Source: a virus (taxonomy: Duplodnaviria > Heunggongvirae > Uroviricota > Caudoviricetes). Taken from it: 64,000 bases of DNA. Below, piece by piece: positions 46,324-56,666 of the stretch. The first letter of the stretch is position 1. Every line of letters begins with the position of its first letter. Below the pieces are notes generated by a model. That model was not told the origin of the DNA. It ran no database searches and saw only the letters and a program-made list of their open reading frames with translations. The stretch lies in the IMG/VR virus record IMGVR_UViG_2585427757_000006. One strand, given 5' to 3'. The position numbers were made by a program, and so were the translations under genes.

Positions 46324-47898
46324 TCACTCGTTCTCTTGAGTAGATGAGTCCCCATTCCCTCGGGGTTGATCTTGCCCGCTTTCTTGGGCTGCACCACGAT
46401 CATAAGTAAGTACTGACTTATTTTCAAGGGTATTTAGATCATTTTTTGGAGGAAAATTCAAGAGATCTTTATCAAATTCCTTTTTCATCGCCTCAGTAAT
46501 GTTCGGGAAAATCTTCTCAATAAGCATTTCCATCTGGTGACGACGTACAGAGTCCGGTGCCTGAAGTAATGACAGTTTCTCGGCAACAGAAAATTCATCA
46601 GTAAGGCCACGAATATCGAAACTTTCTGGATACGCAATTAAAGAGTGGTCTTCGTCCAGATCTGCCCCCATCCATTTCGCAACCAGTAGCATGATTTGGC
46701 GTTCAGCCCTTTCCAGACGCTCTGCTTTTGTGACAAGCAAGCTATTTACACGCTGGAAGTCATACATTTTTGCGGCACCAGATGAATTATCGATTCCCTG
46801 TGCGTTGTCCTGCTTCGTTCGCTCACCAGCTACACCAACTGAATGGTAGATTTCGTTAATCACCGTCTTAATCGTAGTGATGATCATCTGAGCTTGTTTC
46901 GGGTCTGGTGACAGATAAAACGGCTGGTTTCCACCTTCAGAATCGTAGGTGAAGACTCGCTTTGTGCCCATTTCAAGCACTTTAGTGTGGTTTTCATCAC
47001 CAGGTAAAAGCGACTGTACCGGTATAGCCAACTGGCTAAATGTCTGATCCTGAATAATGGCATCAAGGTTTGACAGATAGTTTGCAACCGCACGATCAAG
47101 ATAAGCGATATCATCGATCAACGATGGGCTGAAATACGGTGATTCACTTTCTCCAATACAATCAACAGGAAACACAGGAACTACGCCGAGATTATGCGCG
47201 CCGCTGTCCTCTAAAATAACTTTTGCCTGACGACGACCTGCTCCACCAGCCCCCTTCTTCACTTCCTCACGGAACAGATACCACTCGTTTTGTGTCCACA
47301 GACGATAACGTTGGTATTCCTGACCTGTAGAAGTAAAAGGATCTGCGTCATCGCGAGCGACTTCCACAATTAACGCCCATAACATATTCCCGTCGTCGTC
47401 CCATGCCACATCCAGCATTTGCTGAGGTGAAATCCAGTAGGCGTAGGCGCGAGCATCTTTCTTTTTCTCGTCAGCTACTGACTCAACATCACCACTCATC
47501 GTGCTATCGACAACAACCCATATGCGACCGTAAATAGACGACTGCAAATCAATGGCGGCCATAAATGAGTCAATAGAGGCATTCTGGCGAGTCGCACGTT
47601 TCCAGAAATTGCGGATCTGCTCTGGTGCCTCTTCGATATTTCTATGAATGTCTTCTTTAAAGAGATATTTGTTGATGAGGTTTACCACCTCACGAGTGTG
47701 GTTGAAGCGATAGGCACGCTCAACACGCTCCTTAAACTCCTGATCTCCCTCTTTAAAGTAACGAAAGATATTGTCTGTAAACCAACCACGCCCGCCAGCG
47801 TAAGTGCTGGCGAGGAAGTCCCAATGTTCTTTTTTCTTTTCGTATTCCGGGTGGCGTCGCGCCACCAGATCCTTAATTTGTTTGTCGTTCAATTCCAT
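46324..47898 (-). CDS. portal protein
   Basis: 524-aa ORF directly downstream of terminase large subunit. Confidence 0.75.
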   Translation of the reverse strand: MELNDKQIKDLVARRHPEYEKKKEHWDFLASTYAGGRGWFTDNIFRYFKEGDQEFKERVERAYRFNHTREVVNLINKYLFKEDIHRNIEEAPEQIRNFWKRATRQNASIDSFMAAIDLQSSIYGRIWVVVDSTMSGDVESVADEKKKDARAYAYWISPQQMLDVAWDDDGNMLWALIVEVARDDADPFTSTGQEYQRYRLWTQNEWYLFREEVKKGAGGAGRRQAKVILEDSGAHNLGVVPVFPVDCIGESESPYFSPSLIDDIAYLDRAVANYLSNLDAIIQDQTFSQLAIPVQSLLPGDENHTKVLEMGTKRVFTYDSEGGNQPFYLSPDPKQAQMIITTIKTVINEIYHSVGVAGERTKQDNAQGIDNSSGAAKMYDFQRVNSLLVTKAERLERAERQIMLLVAKWMGADLDEDHSLIAYPESFDIRGLTDEFSVAEKLSLLQAPDSVRRHQMEMLIEKIFPNITEAMKKEFDKDLLNFPPKNDLNTLENKSVLTYDRGAAQESGQDQPRGNGDSSTQENE

Positions 47899-47924
47899 TT
47901 GAATAACCTTAGATAATTACTTAC

Positions 47925-49181
47925 CTATCGAGAACCACCAAGAATAACACGGTTTTTGACTGGATACCTACGATGTACTGGATAGCCCAATGCGTCTGCA
48001 CTATGCTCAATGCCACCTGTCTTATCCATATCTCGTGTTCCAGGCTTGTAGATGACTTTTTCCAGTGAATCAATCAAATGCTTGCACTTCGGATCGATAT
48101 ACAGCCGGATATCTCCAGATGCGGACATCAGCATTCGGTTAACAGCATTAACACGATCCGCAATTGGCGGGGGCTTTTTCGAATAATCGACACGTAAGAA
48201 TCCCTTCTCTTTGAATATGTCTACGTCAGACTCCCCACGAGCATGTTGGCGATAAGCACCTGCCGGATCTGGAAATACCGTTACCTGTGATTTCCAGCGC
48301 CAGAAGCGTCTCTCAAGCTCATCACAAACTTCTGCCGTGTTAGAGGAAAAGAGCACCAATTCATCAATTGCCCATAACTCACCATTTGGCTGAGGTTGCA
48401 AAATTACTGAAGACATCGGGTCAATGTTGAAGTCCTGCCCTACCCATATAGGCAACCGAGGGTTGAACTGAAGCGGTTTTACATGCACGTTACGATCGAA
48501 CGGGTAGTAAACGCGCCCGGACATGTTCTCAAAGCTGGCCAGGTACTCCTGAGCGAACGATTTGGGGTCCATATCGTTCTTAGCAGCTTCAATTTCCGCC
48601 GTAGGCACAAACGGAGAATCGGCAGTTACAAACTGCCAGCTCTTCCACTGTCCCTTTCTTTGCAGCTCTACGTTCTGGCCTATAGTCCACAGTTTGTGAA
48701 ATTCCGAGAAGCCTTTTGGCGTACCAATGATCAGTGCACCGCCGCGTGTCGATGAAAGAGTAGGTCGTAACACCTTGTACCAGGTGTCAGCCTTCATATC
48801 CTGAAATTCATCAAGCACTACAAAATGCAACGCTACGCCGCGCAGAGTGTCAGGCTTATCAGCACCTTTGAGGGCGATCTCCGAACCGTTCTTCAACACG
48901 ATTGTCATCGTGGTGTCGTTCTTTTTCCTAACCCACTTACGAGGCAGAACTTCCTGTAGATCGTCCCACAAAATCTGGCGAGCCATCTGGTAAGTAGGAG
49001 CGACATACCAGACCCTTTGCTTTTTTTCCTTTGCCGCCGCACGAATAATAGTGGAGATCGACAACCGGGATTTTCCCCAGCGTCGACCAGCACAAACAAC
49101 TTTAAATCGATGCGGAGACTGGAAGACTTTCATCTGTCCAGAATGCAGTTGCACAAGACTGAGCGAGGACGGGATTGCCAT
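47925..49181 (-). CDS. terminase large subunit
   Basis: 418-aa ORF; Walker A-like VVCAGRRWGKS, Walker B VVLDEF, C-terminal nuclease-like region. Confidence 0.85.
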   Translation of the reverse strand: MAIPSSLSLVQLHSGQMKVFQSPHRFKVVCAGRRWGKSRLSISTIIRAAAKEKKQRVWYVAPTYQMARQILWDDLQEVLPRKWVRKKNDTTMTIVLKNGSEIALKGADKPDTLRGVALHFVVLDEFQDMKADTWYKVLRPTLSSTRGGALIIGTPKGFSEFHKLWTIGQNVELQRKGQWKSWQFVTADSPFVPTAEIEAAKNDMDPKSFAQEYLASFENMSGRVYYPFDRNVHVKPLQFNPRLPIWVGQDFNIDPMSSVILQPQPNGELWAIDELVLFSSNTAEVCDELERRFWRWKSQVTVFPDPAGAYRQHARGESDVDIFKEKGFLRVDYSKKPPPIADRVNAVNRMLMSASGDIRLYIDPKCKHLIDSLEKVIYKPGTRDMDKTGGIEHSADALGYPVHRRYPVKNRVILGGSR

Positions 49182-49813
49182 TATTCGTCCTCCCCTTCAC
49201 TTCCATCATCTGTCGCATCAAATTCGCTTAGAGCTTCTTCTTCCAACGTCTCAAGCAATTCGTCATCGATGATTTCAGGCTCGTCGTCTTCCTGACGTAA
49301 TTTCGCCACCTGGGAAGGCGTAAGCTCACCAAATACCAGGTTCGGAATTTCTTCCTCGTCATTTTCCGCATGATCCATGCCCAATGCTTTGGACGAAACT
49401 TCAAAGCATTTTGCAAGGGTATTACTGGCTCTCTGTAAGCTCTTGAGAGAATCCTCAATCGCCCCTAAAGGCTTACCCTCACGTTTGGCCGTAGTGACTT
49501 CGACCATCACCATCTGCCCCAACGCATACGCCCAGCCGTCATAACGTGTACGACGTTCTTCTATCTTTTCCGCACGGGCTTTAGCGCGAAGCTCTGCGTC
49601 AGATTTAAGAGACTCACGAACCATCTTCCCAACAGAGTCCGCGCCTTTCTCTAATCCTCGCTTTTTGAAATGTCTGGAGAGTGTTTCACGACGAATGCCG
49701 TACTCTTCCTCCAGCTTTGAGAGTGTATATTCGCCTGACGTCCATTTGGCTTCAGCTTCGGCCCACTCCGCTGGTGTCAGGCGAGTTTTTACCTCGTCTT
49801 TTTCGACCGTCAT
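49181..49813 (-). CDS. terminase small subunit candidate
   Basis: 210-aa ORF; N-terminal HTH-like region, acidic C-terminus, stop overlaps large-subunit start. Confidence 0.6.
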   Translation of the reverse strand: MTVEKDEVKTRLTPAEWAEAEAKWTSGEYTLSKLEEEYGIRRETLSRHFKKRGLEKGADSVGKMVRESLKSDAELRAKARAEKIEERRTRYDGWAYALGQMVMVEVTTAKREGKPLGAIEDSLKSLQRASNTLAKCFEVSSKALGMDHAENDEEEIPNLVFGELTPSQVAKLRQEDDEPEIIDDELLETLEEEALSEFDATDDGSEGEDE

Positions 49814-49929
49814 AGATCCCTCTAAAACACACAGAGCGCGTCCATGCGCTCTAAAACAACTTGTTTACTGCATCTGCTAACCAACTTGTTTTCTGGGGTG
49901 TTTAATTAGGTCTGGCATGTCTTACGAAG

Positions 49930-49986
49930 CCTGCTTCCGTATATATTTAATAAGTTACTTATTATTTATATATACAGATGCAGGTC
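49930..49986. repeat. 57-bp imperfect palindromic element related to 17329-17383, core taagttacttatt
   Basis: Left arm cctgcttccgtatatat, right arm tatatacagatgcaggtc (2 mismatches to the reverse complement of the 17329-17383 left arm). Confidence 0.7.
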
Positions 49987-50008
49987 TTTAAATAAGCTCC
50001 CAGACCGA

Positions 50009-50275
50009 TTACATCACCAGTAACTTCGCTTTGGCTCGACCTAAAGTGGTTAACCCAAGAGTTCGGCGGTGATAGCGATTGTCACTGCGTTGGCGCGTAT
50101 GCCCTTTCTCCACCAGCCCCTTTTTTATCAGAGCGCGAATTGAGAACTGGATACTTTGCTTGGTTGTCTTGTACGGCAAAACTTCAAGCAATTCGTCCAG
50201 GTCAAGTAGATGACCTCGCTCATAACCGAGATTGAGCGTTTTGATGATGTCCTTTTGTTTATCGGTTAACGTCAT
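50009..50275 (-). CDS. small winged-helix DNA-binding protein candidate
   Basis: 88-aa ORF; segment KQSIQFSIRALIKKGLVEK HTH-like. Confidence 0.4.
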   Translation of the reverse strand: MTLTDKQKDIIKTLNLGYERGHLLDLDELLEVLPYKTTKQSIQFSIRALIKKGLVEKGHTRQRSDNRYHRRTLGLTTLGRAKAKLLVM

Positions 50276-50284
50276 GGCAAATCC

Positions 50285-51184
50285 TTATGCCGGTAAAGCA
50301 ATTTCTAACGGTTTATCCAAAGGTTGTTTGTCGAATGCCAGCAGTGGCAGCGTGTCAGGCAGTCGACGACCAAAGTCAGGGTTTCGATACACACCATACA
50401 ACGGAGACGTAAAGCTCAGGTTGTGAATGTCCTTGAGCAGCTTCACAATGCTGGCCTCGTCCACCAGACTGTCGGCAATGTCCTGAATCGTCGTGCCACG
50501 ATTCCGCCCAGCTTTTGCCAGGGAACTGTTCTTGTGGTAGTCCGCCACCAGATCACGCAGTGCACGGCGACGACGAGACTCGCTCATAGCGAACAACTCT
50601 TTGACGATCGCCTCGTTATCACCCGGGTCGGAGCGGAAATGGCGCTGGAACACACGCAGTGCACTTTCATAGCTCTTCGGTCGCTCAGAGCGGATGAACT
50701 TAAACCCTGCTTTCATGGCGAAGGGATTGTATTTGCTCATCGATGACTGGATCTCAATGATTGGCCGGTCATGCATCCTGCTAACCAGGTTAATCATTCG
50801 ATAAGAGACGCCTACGCCACGGTACTGAGTATCCACAACTGAGCGGCTGATCACCGCAAAGTTGTTATTCACGTACCGGCCCCAGTACTGGTTAGCCACG
50901 GTGGTATTGGTGGTTGGTTTCAACTTAGGAAACATGCGATGGCGAGGTGCCAGCAGAAGTTTCGGGTAAGCCATAACCACGACGCCCACCAGACGGTCAT
51001 CCAGTTCGCAGCGATAGTATGTTGGCGCGAAAGGTTTGCCGTCTGTTTTGTAGTGAAGCGACTTAAGAGCGTGCCAGTCCTCTACAGTTCCCTTTGTGAC
51101 AGTCATTCGCTCCAGAAAGTCCAGATGACGCGGAAACTCTTCAGGGCGGTAGCGTTTGATGATGATATCTGCCATGTCGATCAC
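50285..51184 (-). CDS. hypothetical protein
   Basis: 299-aa ORF; no confident motif. Confidence 0.45.
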   Translation of the reverse strand: MIDMADIIIKRYRPEEFPRHLDFLERMTVTKGTVEDWHALKSLHYKTDGKPFAPTYYRCELDDRLVGVVVMAYPKLLLAPRHRMFPKLKPTTNTTVANQYWGRYVNNNFAVISRSVVDTQYRGVGVSYRMINLVSRMHDRPIIEIQSSMSKYNPFAMKAGFKFIRSERPKSYESALRVFQRHFRSDPGDNEAIVKELFAMSESRRRRALRDLVADYHKNSSLAKAGRNRGTTIQDIADSLVDEASIVKLLKDIHNLSFTSPLYGVYRNPDFGRRLPDTLPLLAFDKQPLDKPLEIALPA

Positions 51185-51435
51185 CTGCGCTCGATATTGG
51201 CATTGATGAAATCCAGGCGAAGAGACTCCATCGCCCCTACCATGACATACGGGCGCCCGCCGTTATGCCAGCAATCAAGAACACTGCCGTCGTTGTTGAT
51301 CATCAACAGCGCCAGACTCTGGCTTTTTCCTTCTCTGGCATGCTGAAGTGCTTCTTCCAGCAGGCGGATGACTTCCACGTTGTTGTTATCAGTCTCTTTC
51401 GATGGCTTCAGCTCTACGATCTTCAAATCAGGCAT
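51181..51435 (-). CDS. hypothetical protein
   Basis: 84-aa ORF, overlapping start/stop with neighbours. Confidence 0.4.
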   Translation of the reverse strand: MPDLKIVELKPSKETDNNNVEVIRLLEEALQHAREGKSQSLALLMINNDGSVLDCWHNGGRPYVMVGAMESLRLDFINANIERR

Positions 51436-52066
51436 ATTCCACCTTCACGCGTTCTTTGTAGTGCTTGGTGATCTGCATATCCGGGCGCAGCGCGTTCTTC
51501 AGGTCTTCGTGAGTCGTCGCCACCATTACCGTCGCACCAACCTTTCGAGCGGCACGCTGGAGGTTAGACGCCACAACCTGAGCGGTTACACGGTCTAGAA
51601 CAGCGCCGAACTCGTCAGCAGCCCATACTTTAGCGCCTGACTCAATCAGTTTGGCAATCTTGAGACGATATTTCTGGCCGTCTGACATTTCAGAAGGCTT
51701 GCGAACAAACAGATATGCATCGTTCAGACCAGCCATAGATAACAACCCAAGCGCATCACTGGTCGTTTTGCCCAACTGATCGATGACGTTAACCTCATTA
51801 TCGAAGGTAAAATCATCGATGGAGGCTACAGACAGCCCTTCATCCTTCATCTGTCGTTGCAACTCGCGCAGCACAACGGATTTGCCGGAACCGGATTGGC
51901 CGGTGATGTACACCACATCGCCCTGCTTCACTTCCAGCTCCAGATTGTCGTAAAGCGTCCACTCTTTTTCGTCCAGGCCAAGCCCGAACGACTCAGCGAT
52001 TTCCAACGTGCGCGTGGTTTTATTTACGCGTGTCTGAAACGATACGTTGATGATGTATTTGCTCAT
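51428..52066 (-). CDS. ABC-type ATPase (no transmembrane domain)
   Basis: Walker A GQSGSGKS, ABC signature-like MSDGQ, Walker B VWAADEF, H-loop TTHED. Confidence 0.65.
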   Translation of the reverse strand: MSKYIINVSFQTRVNKTTRTLEIAESFGLGLDEKEWTLYDNLELEVKQGDVVYITGQSGSGKSVVLRELQRQMKDEGLSVASIDDFTFDNEVNVIDQLGKTTSDALGLLSMAGLNDAYLFVRKPSEMSDGQKYRLKIAKLIESGAKVWAADEFGAVLDRVTAQVVASNLQRAARKVGATVMVATTHEDLKNALRPDMQITKHYKERVKVEYA

Positions 52067-52764
52067 GCAGCCATCTCCCCGGAAGAGATCTTCTCCGCAT
52101 ATGCCACAAATGCGTCTACCCCGCTTTCTCCCGTCATTTCTTCCATGTGGGCAAGCAAATCACCAACAACAATGGCAGAGCCAGCAGGAAGCGTTTTAAA
52201 GCCCAATACGTCGACAACACGTACTTCTTCCGCTGCAACTTCACGACTGATCTCGGTGTGTTCATCCTTCTGTCGTTTAGTTTCTTCGCCAAGATCGATA
52301 ACTAGCGAGTCGGTGTCCATTTCTTCTGTCATACTGCCAACGAGAACATTCAACTCACGCTCTTCGAAGCCGAAAACCTCGATATCGTCCAGAACAAGCG
52401 ACTCAAGCTCTTTCTGTAGCTTAATTGCATCGTAATCAATGCTGGCAAGTCGGTTATCTTCAAGGCGCTTTGCACGTACCTCGTCATCACTCAGATCATC
52501 ACGAACAATAACCGGTACGCGCTCAAGTCCAGCAAAAATTGCAGCCTCACGGCGGCCGTGGCCAGTAATAATTACGTCGTTCTTATCGACCGTAATTGGC
52601 TGGTCAAATCCACGCTTTTTAATGGCTGCGGCCAGATCTCTGATCTGCTGTTCATCATGCTTTTTGGCATTCATCTCATAGGGAATAAGATCTGCCGGGT
52701 CGCGATATACGATTTCAAACTTTTTGGTCATTACATACGCTCCTTGTAGTAGTCGACCAGCCAC
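52063..52764 (-). CDS. ParB/Srx-domain protein
   Basis: ParB N-terminal-domain motif ITGHGRREAAIFAGLERVPV. Confidence 0.7.
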   Translation of the reverse strand: MAGRLLQGAYVMTKKFEIVYRDPADLIPYEMNAKKHDEQQIRDLAAAIKKRGFDQPITVDKNDVIITGHGRREAAIFAGLERVPVIVRDDLSDDEVRAKRLEDNRLASIDYDAIKLQKELESLVLDDIEVFGFEERELNVLVGSMTEEMDTDSLVIDLGEETKRQKDEHTEISREVAAEEVRVVDVLGFKTLPAGSAIVVGDLLAHMEEMTGESGVDAFVAYAEKISSGEMAA

Positions 52765-53429
52765 ACCAGAGCCTCACCAGCGTTCTCCATTTCATTACCG
52801 GTGTTAATAGCCTGCTCTTTGATGATGTTTTTTATGGTTTCTGCAACACGATCTGACGCATCGAAAGTTACTTTGAAGCGCATGGTCTGATGTTCCGCAC
52901 CCACACGTTCGGTTTTCTCTCGTTTGTCGGTATCGACAGGCTCATCACTACCACGAGACAACGCCTCCAGTGCTTCAAGGTCGATTGCCGCCTCTTTTGC
53001 TAAAACCATCGAGATTTCGTCGTCATACGGAGCGATTTCAGACAGTTGATAGTCAAGTTCTGACTGAATTTCTTCAATGAAGCGTTGCAATGCGATTTGG
53101 TCGTCTTCACCGTATCGCTCGTTGTCCACCAGTGACATCTGTTTAGCTACGACATCGCTAATTTTGCCCACAGAAAGCACCGGAACCGTTGAAATTCCTT
53201 GCTCAATAGCAGCACGCCAGCGATGTTCACCGCCGAGGATTTCAAAAAATCCATCTTCAAGTTCACGAGCCAAAATTGGCTTAAAAAAGCCCAATTTTTC
53301 GATAGAACCTTTCAGTTTTTCAAAATTCTGCGCACCAACCGAATTGGTGTTCCAGGTATTCGGGCGAAGGTTGGCAACATCAACCTGCAAAATCGTGATT
53401 TTTACATCCATTTTATTGCTACAATCCAC
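52731..53429 (-). CDS. ParB/Srx-domain protein (second copy)
   Basis: Motif ILGGEHRWRAAIEQGISTVPV; acidic C-terminal half. Confidence 0.7.
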   Translation of the reverse strand: MDCSNKMDVKITILQVDVANLRPNTWNTNSVGAQNFEKLKGSIEKLGFFKPILARELEDGFFEILGGEHRWRAAIEQGISTVPVLSVGKISDVVAKQMSLVDNERYGEDDQIALQRFIEEIQSELDYQLSEIAPYDDEISMVLAKEAAIDLEALEALSRGSDEPVDTDKREKTERVGAEHQTMRFKVTFDASDRVAETIKNIIKEQAINTGNEMENAGEALVWLVDYYKERM

Positions 53430-53493
53430 TAAGTAATCACTTACTTATTATAATAGCCAAATAACATACAAAAGGCACTAAGGAAAGAGGTTT

Positions 53494-55053
53494 ATGACTG
53501 TTCGGATTGTATCTAACGCAGTAAATGCGCTTATTTCTGGCGCAGATGACAAGGTAAAGCAACTGGTGCAGCAAATGTTGAGCTACGAAGTCGAGACTGG
53601 CGACTGGAAGGGCACAAGCACGATGTTCAACTGGAGTAAAAACTCGTTCCCTGCTGGCTTTGCCAAGCCTGTAGCGGCGAACTTGAACAAGGCGGGCATC
53701 AAATGTGTTCATATCCGCAAAGACAAAGCCCCGGCGCTTGGTAAACCAAATCCGGCGGTTAACCCATTCCCATACAATCCTGATTATGCGTATCAGGATC
53801 AGACTGTGGAAACACTGGTTCGAGAGGGAATGATGATTGCGCAGATCGCTACTGGTGGCGGGAAATCTAACGTTGCCTGCAAAGCAGCTGCACGTATCGG
53901 TCGAATGACATTATTTTTAACAACCCGCTCTGTTCTGATGTTTCAAATGGCCGAAAACTTCCAGAGATCCATCGACTACCGCGCCGAAAATGGCGAACCG
54001 TGGTTAAAGGGCCAAAAGGTTGGAGTCATTGGCTCGGGTGAGTTCCAGGTATCACGACATATCAACGTCGCTACAGTTCAAACTCTGGCAAGTTTCCTTG
54101 AAGAACCACCACGCGATGCAACACCAGATAAAAAGAGCTACCACCTCAAACGTCGGGAGTTGGTGAAACGCTTCCTTTCAAGTGTGTCTCTGCTTATTCT
54201 GGAAGAAGCGCATGAGTCTTCAGGCTCTAATTTCTATGACATTGCCAGATTATGTGTGAACGCAGACTATCGTCTGGCGCTTACAGCCACGCCGTTCATG
54301 AAGGATTCGACGGAAGCCAACATGCGCCTGATGGCGGTGGCCGGGCGAATTGAAATTAAAGTCACAGAAAAGTACCTGATTGATCGAGGCATTCTGGCAA
54401 AACCGTACTTCCTTTATCATAAAGTTGCCTACAAGCCAGACGAGGCCAGAATCAAGGCCGAACTTGCCAACAAACACCTTAATTTTAGAGTAGGTATGAG
54501 CACAGCCTACCAAAAGGCTTATCAGTTGGGGATCGTGTATAATTTGGGACGTAACGAGGCCATTGTGCGCGAGGCATTGCTTTATAAGCAACATTCACTC
54601 AACTGCATGACTCTGGTTCGTCTTAAACGCCACGGGCAAATCCTGATGGAGATGATGAAGGAGTCAGGTCTTAAAGTTGATTTCATCTATGGGGAATCTA
54701 ACCAGACGACAAGGCAAGCAAAGCTGAATAGTTTAGCGTCTGGTGAAATAGATGTTTTAATAGGCTCGACTATTCTGGATGTTGGTGTTGATGTGCCAAG
54801 CGTTGGTGCGGTCATTCTTGCTGGTGGTGGGAAAGCAGAAGTTGAAATGAGACAGCGTGTCGGTCGCGGCTTACGAGCCAAAAAAAATCAGGCAAACGTG
54901 TGTTTTATCACTGATTTCATTGACATTAGCAACAAATACCTGTTGTCTCACTCTTATGAGCGAAAACACATCATCGACACCACACCTGGCTTTGCAGAAG
55001 GTGTATTGCCTATTGATGGAGCATTCGATTTTGGAGTTCTGAAACGAGATTAG
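53494..55053 (+). CDS. superfamily-2 DEAD/DEAH-type helicase
   Basis: Walker A TGGGKS, motif II LILEEAHE, C-terminal helicase motifs (QRVGRGLR). Confidence 0.75.
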   Translation: MTVRIVSNAVNALISGADDKVKQLVQQMLSYEVETGDWKGTSTMFNWSKNSFPAGFAKPVAANLNKAGIKCVHIRKDKAPALGKPNPAVNPFPYNPDYAYQDQTVETLVREGMMIAQIATGGGKSNVACKAAARIGRMTLFLTTRSVLMFQMAENFQRSIDYRAENGEPWLKGQKVGVIGSGEFQVSRHINVATVQTLASFLEEPPRDATPDKKSYHLKRRELVKRFLSSVSLLILEEAHESSGSNFYDIARLCVNADYRLALTATPFMKDSTEANMRLMAVAGRIEIKVTEKYLIDRGILAKPYFLYHKVAYKPDEARIKAELANKHLNFRVGMSTAYQKAYQLGIVYNLGRNEAIVREALLYKQHSLNCMTLVRLKRHGQILMEMMKESGLKVDFIYGESNQTTRQAKLNSLASGEIDVLIGSTILDVGVDVPSVGAVILAGGGKAEVEMRQRVGRGLRAKKNQANVCFITDFIDISNKYLLSHSYERKHIIDTTPGFAEGVLPIDGAFDFGVLKRD

Positions 55054-55055
55054 TT

Positions 55056-55334
55056 ATGAGTGAAAAGAAAACAACTTACTGTCAGGTAGCATTGTCTGAT
55101 AAGGCCAATGACAAACTTGGAAAGTTTCAAGTGAAACTAAAAGAAAAAAATATCAAAATGTCTAAGGCTGAAGTCATAAATACCATTCTGGAACAATTGA
55201 CAATGGCCGACTTTGACAAGGTTATATCTTCTGTCGGGGCTTCCGCTAAGACTCGTGAGAAAATCATGCGTATCTATGAGAACTCTAATATGACAAAGGA
55301 AGATCTCGAAACGCTATTAAGCAGATTAAAATAA
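55056..55334 (+). CDS. hypothetical protein
   Basis: 92-aa ORF. Confidence 0.4.
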   Translation: MSEKKTTYCQVALSDKANDKLGKFQVKLKEKNIKMSKAEVINTILEQLTMADFDKVISSVGASAKTREKIMRIYENSNMTKEDLETLLSRLK

Positions 55335-55402
55335 TCACGCTATCAATTAGGGAGACAAAGATGAAGTCTCCCATACTGTTCACTTTCTGTTCTAAAACTA
55401 TC

Positions 55403-55825
55403 ATGAAATACTCGCTTCTCCCTCTACTAACGTTACCAGTGTTGATGCTTACCGCGTGCCAATCACGCCCAATATCAATCCATGACGCCAAACCAGCACC
55501 GCAGGCCAAAGTGTTCAAGTATCAAAGCGCAGCGCCAGCTACGTTGGTGGTAATGAGAGACACAGGTTTTGTAGGAGCTGGATGTGATGCTTCCATTTTC
55601 ATCAACGGCGAAACTATCGCAAAACTGGCTACAGGCGAAAAAGCGACTTTCCATTTAAATGCCGGAGAATTAATTGTGGGTGCATCTCTTGAAGGTGCAG
55701 GTTTATGTGCTCTAAACCCCGCTCGTCAAGAGCGAGAAACGACTCTGAAGAATGGAGACACAAAAGCATTCAGGGTGTTCACCAGCAATTCTGGTGACAT
55801 CGACATTCTGCCAACAACTCTGTGA
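55403..55825 (+). CDS. lipoprotein
   Basis: Signal peptide plus lipobox MKYSLLPLLTLPVLMLTACQ (internal Met of track ORF 55361-55825). Confidence 0.5.
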   Translation: MKYSLLPLLTLPVLMLTACQSRPISIHDAKPAPQAKVFKYQSAAPATLVVMRDTGFVGAGCDASIFINGETIAKLATGEKATFHLNAGELIVGASLEGAGLCALNPARQERETTLKNGDTKAFRVFTSNSGDIDILPTTL

Positions 55826-55829
55826 TGAC

Positions 55830-56354
55830 ATGACAACCAAAGATATTACCTACGGTATCCAAGCTGAACTCTGGCCGCGAGATTACACTAACGTTGAAAA
55901 ACTACTGATGTTCTGGCGCAGAGAACAAATTCCTGTAAGGGTCACTCTCGAAGATGGCCAGGCGTTTTGCATGTACGTTTATGGCCTCATGCCATCTCGT
56001 AACAAAGTTGACCTTTGCCCAGCCCCTTTTGACAAAGAAAATCGTATAAGGCTCCCACTTGAACGCATTAGTACAATTGAATCAGGTGTGGTTGACAGTA
56101 TCGCTCACGATTTCAAAGGTCGACTAACAGTTCACCCTGATTATGTCGATAATCGGCCATCACGCCGCGATTTTTTTGCAATTTGCAACCAAGCCTACAA
56201 AGCAAACAAATCTATAAGGGTGTACATGGCGGATGGCCGTGAAATTGAGGGGGTGTCAGCAGGCGCAGATGCTTGTCAGGTTACACTACGTGTCGAGAAC
56301 GGTAGAAAAATAGTTGTTTTGTTCGATTGGGTTGAACGAATTTTGCCTTTTTGA
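55830..56354 (+). CDS. hypothetical protein
   Basis: Internal ATG (MTTKDITYG...) of track ORF 55752-56354, just after stop of lipoprotein gene. Confidence 0.45.
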   Translation: MTTKDITYGIQAELWPRDYTNVEKLLMFWRREQIPVRVTLEDGQAFCMYVYGLMPSRNKVDLCPAPFDKENRIRLPLERISTIESGVVDSIAHDFKGRLTVHPDYVDNRPSRRDFFAICNQAYKANKSIRVYMADGREIEGVSAGADACQVTLRVENGRKIVVLFDWVERILPF

Positions 56355-56357
56355 GTT

Positions 56358-56666
56358 ATGAAATCGATATTGTTACCACCATTATTTTTACTTTGCTCAG
56401 TTGCGGCAAATGCAATGGACTATAAGCCTGTCATTCAGTCGCTGATGAATGACGTGTGCTCAACGTCTCAGAATGTATCAGTTTGCATGTATCAATTTTC
56501 GGCAGCCGTAAAAGCAGGAAAAGCGATAGGCGAGAATGTGGAACTGTGTAAGAAAGTGGCAAATGAAGAACGGGCAATGTTGGATTGCGAATCTAGCGAG
56601 TCATCGGCACAGTTCGTTGATGCGCTATTTGACACCAATCGTAAGGCTGTAGAGTCTGTTCAATAA
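56358..56666 (+). CDS. secreted small protein
   Basis: N-terminal signal peptide MKSILLPPLFLLCSVAANA. Confidence 0.5.
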   Translation: MKSILLPPLFLLCSVAANAMDYKPVIQSLMNDVCSTSQNVSVCMYQFSAAVKAGKAIGENVELCKKVANEERAMLDCESSESSAQFVDALFDTNRKAVESVQ

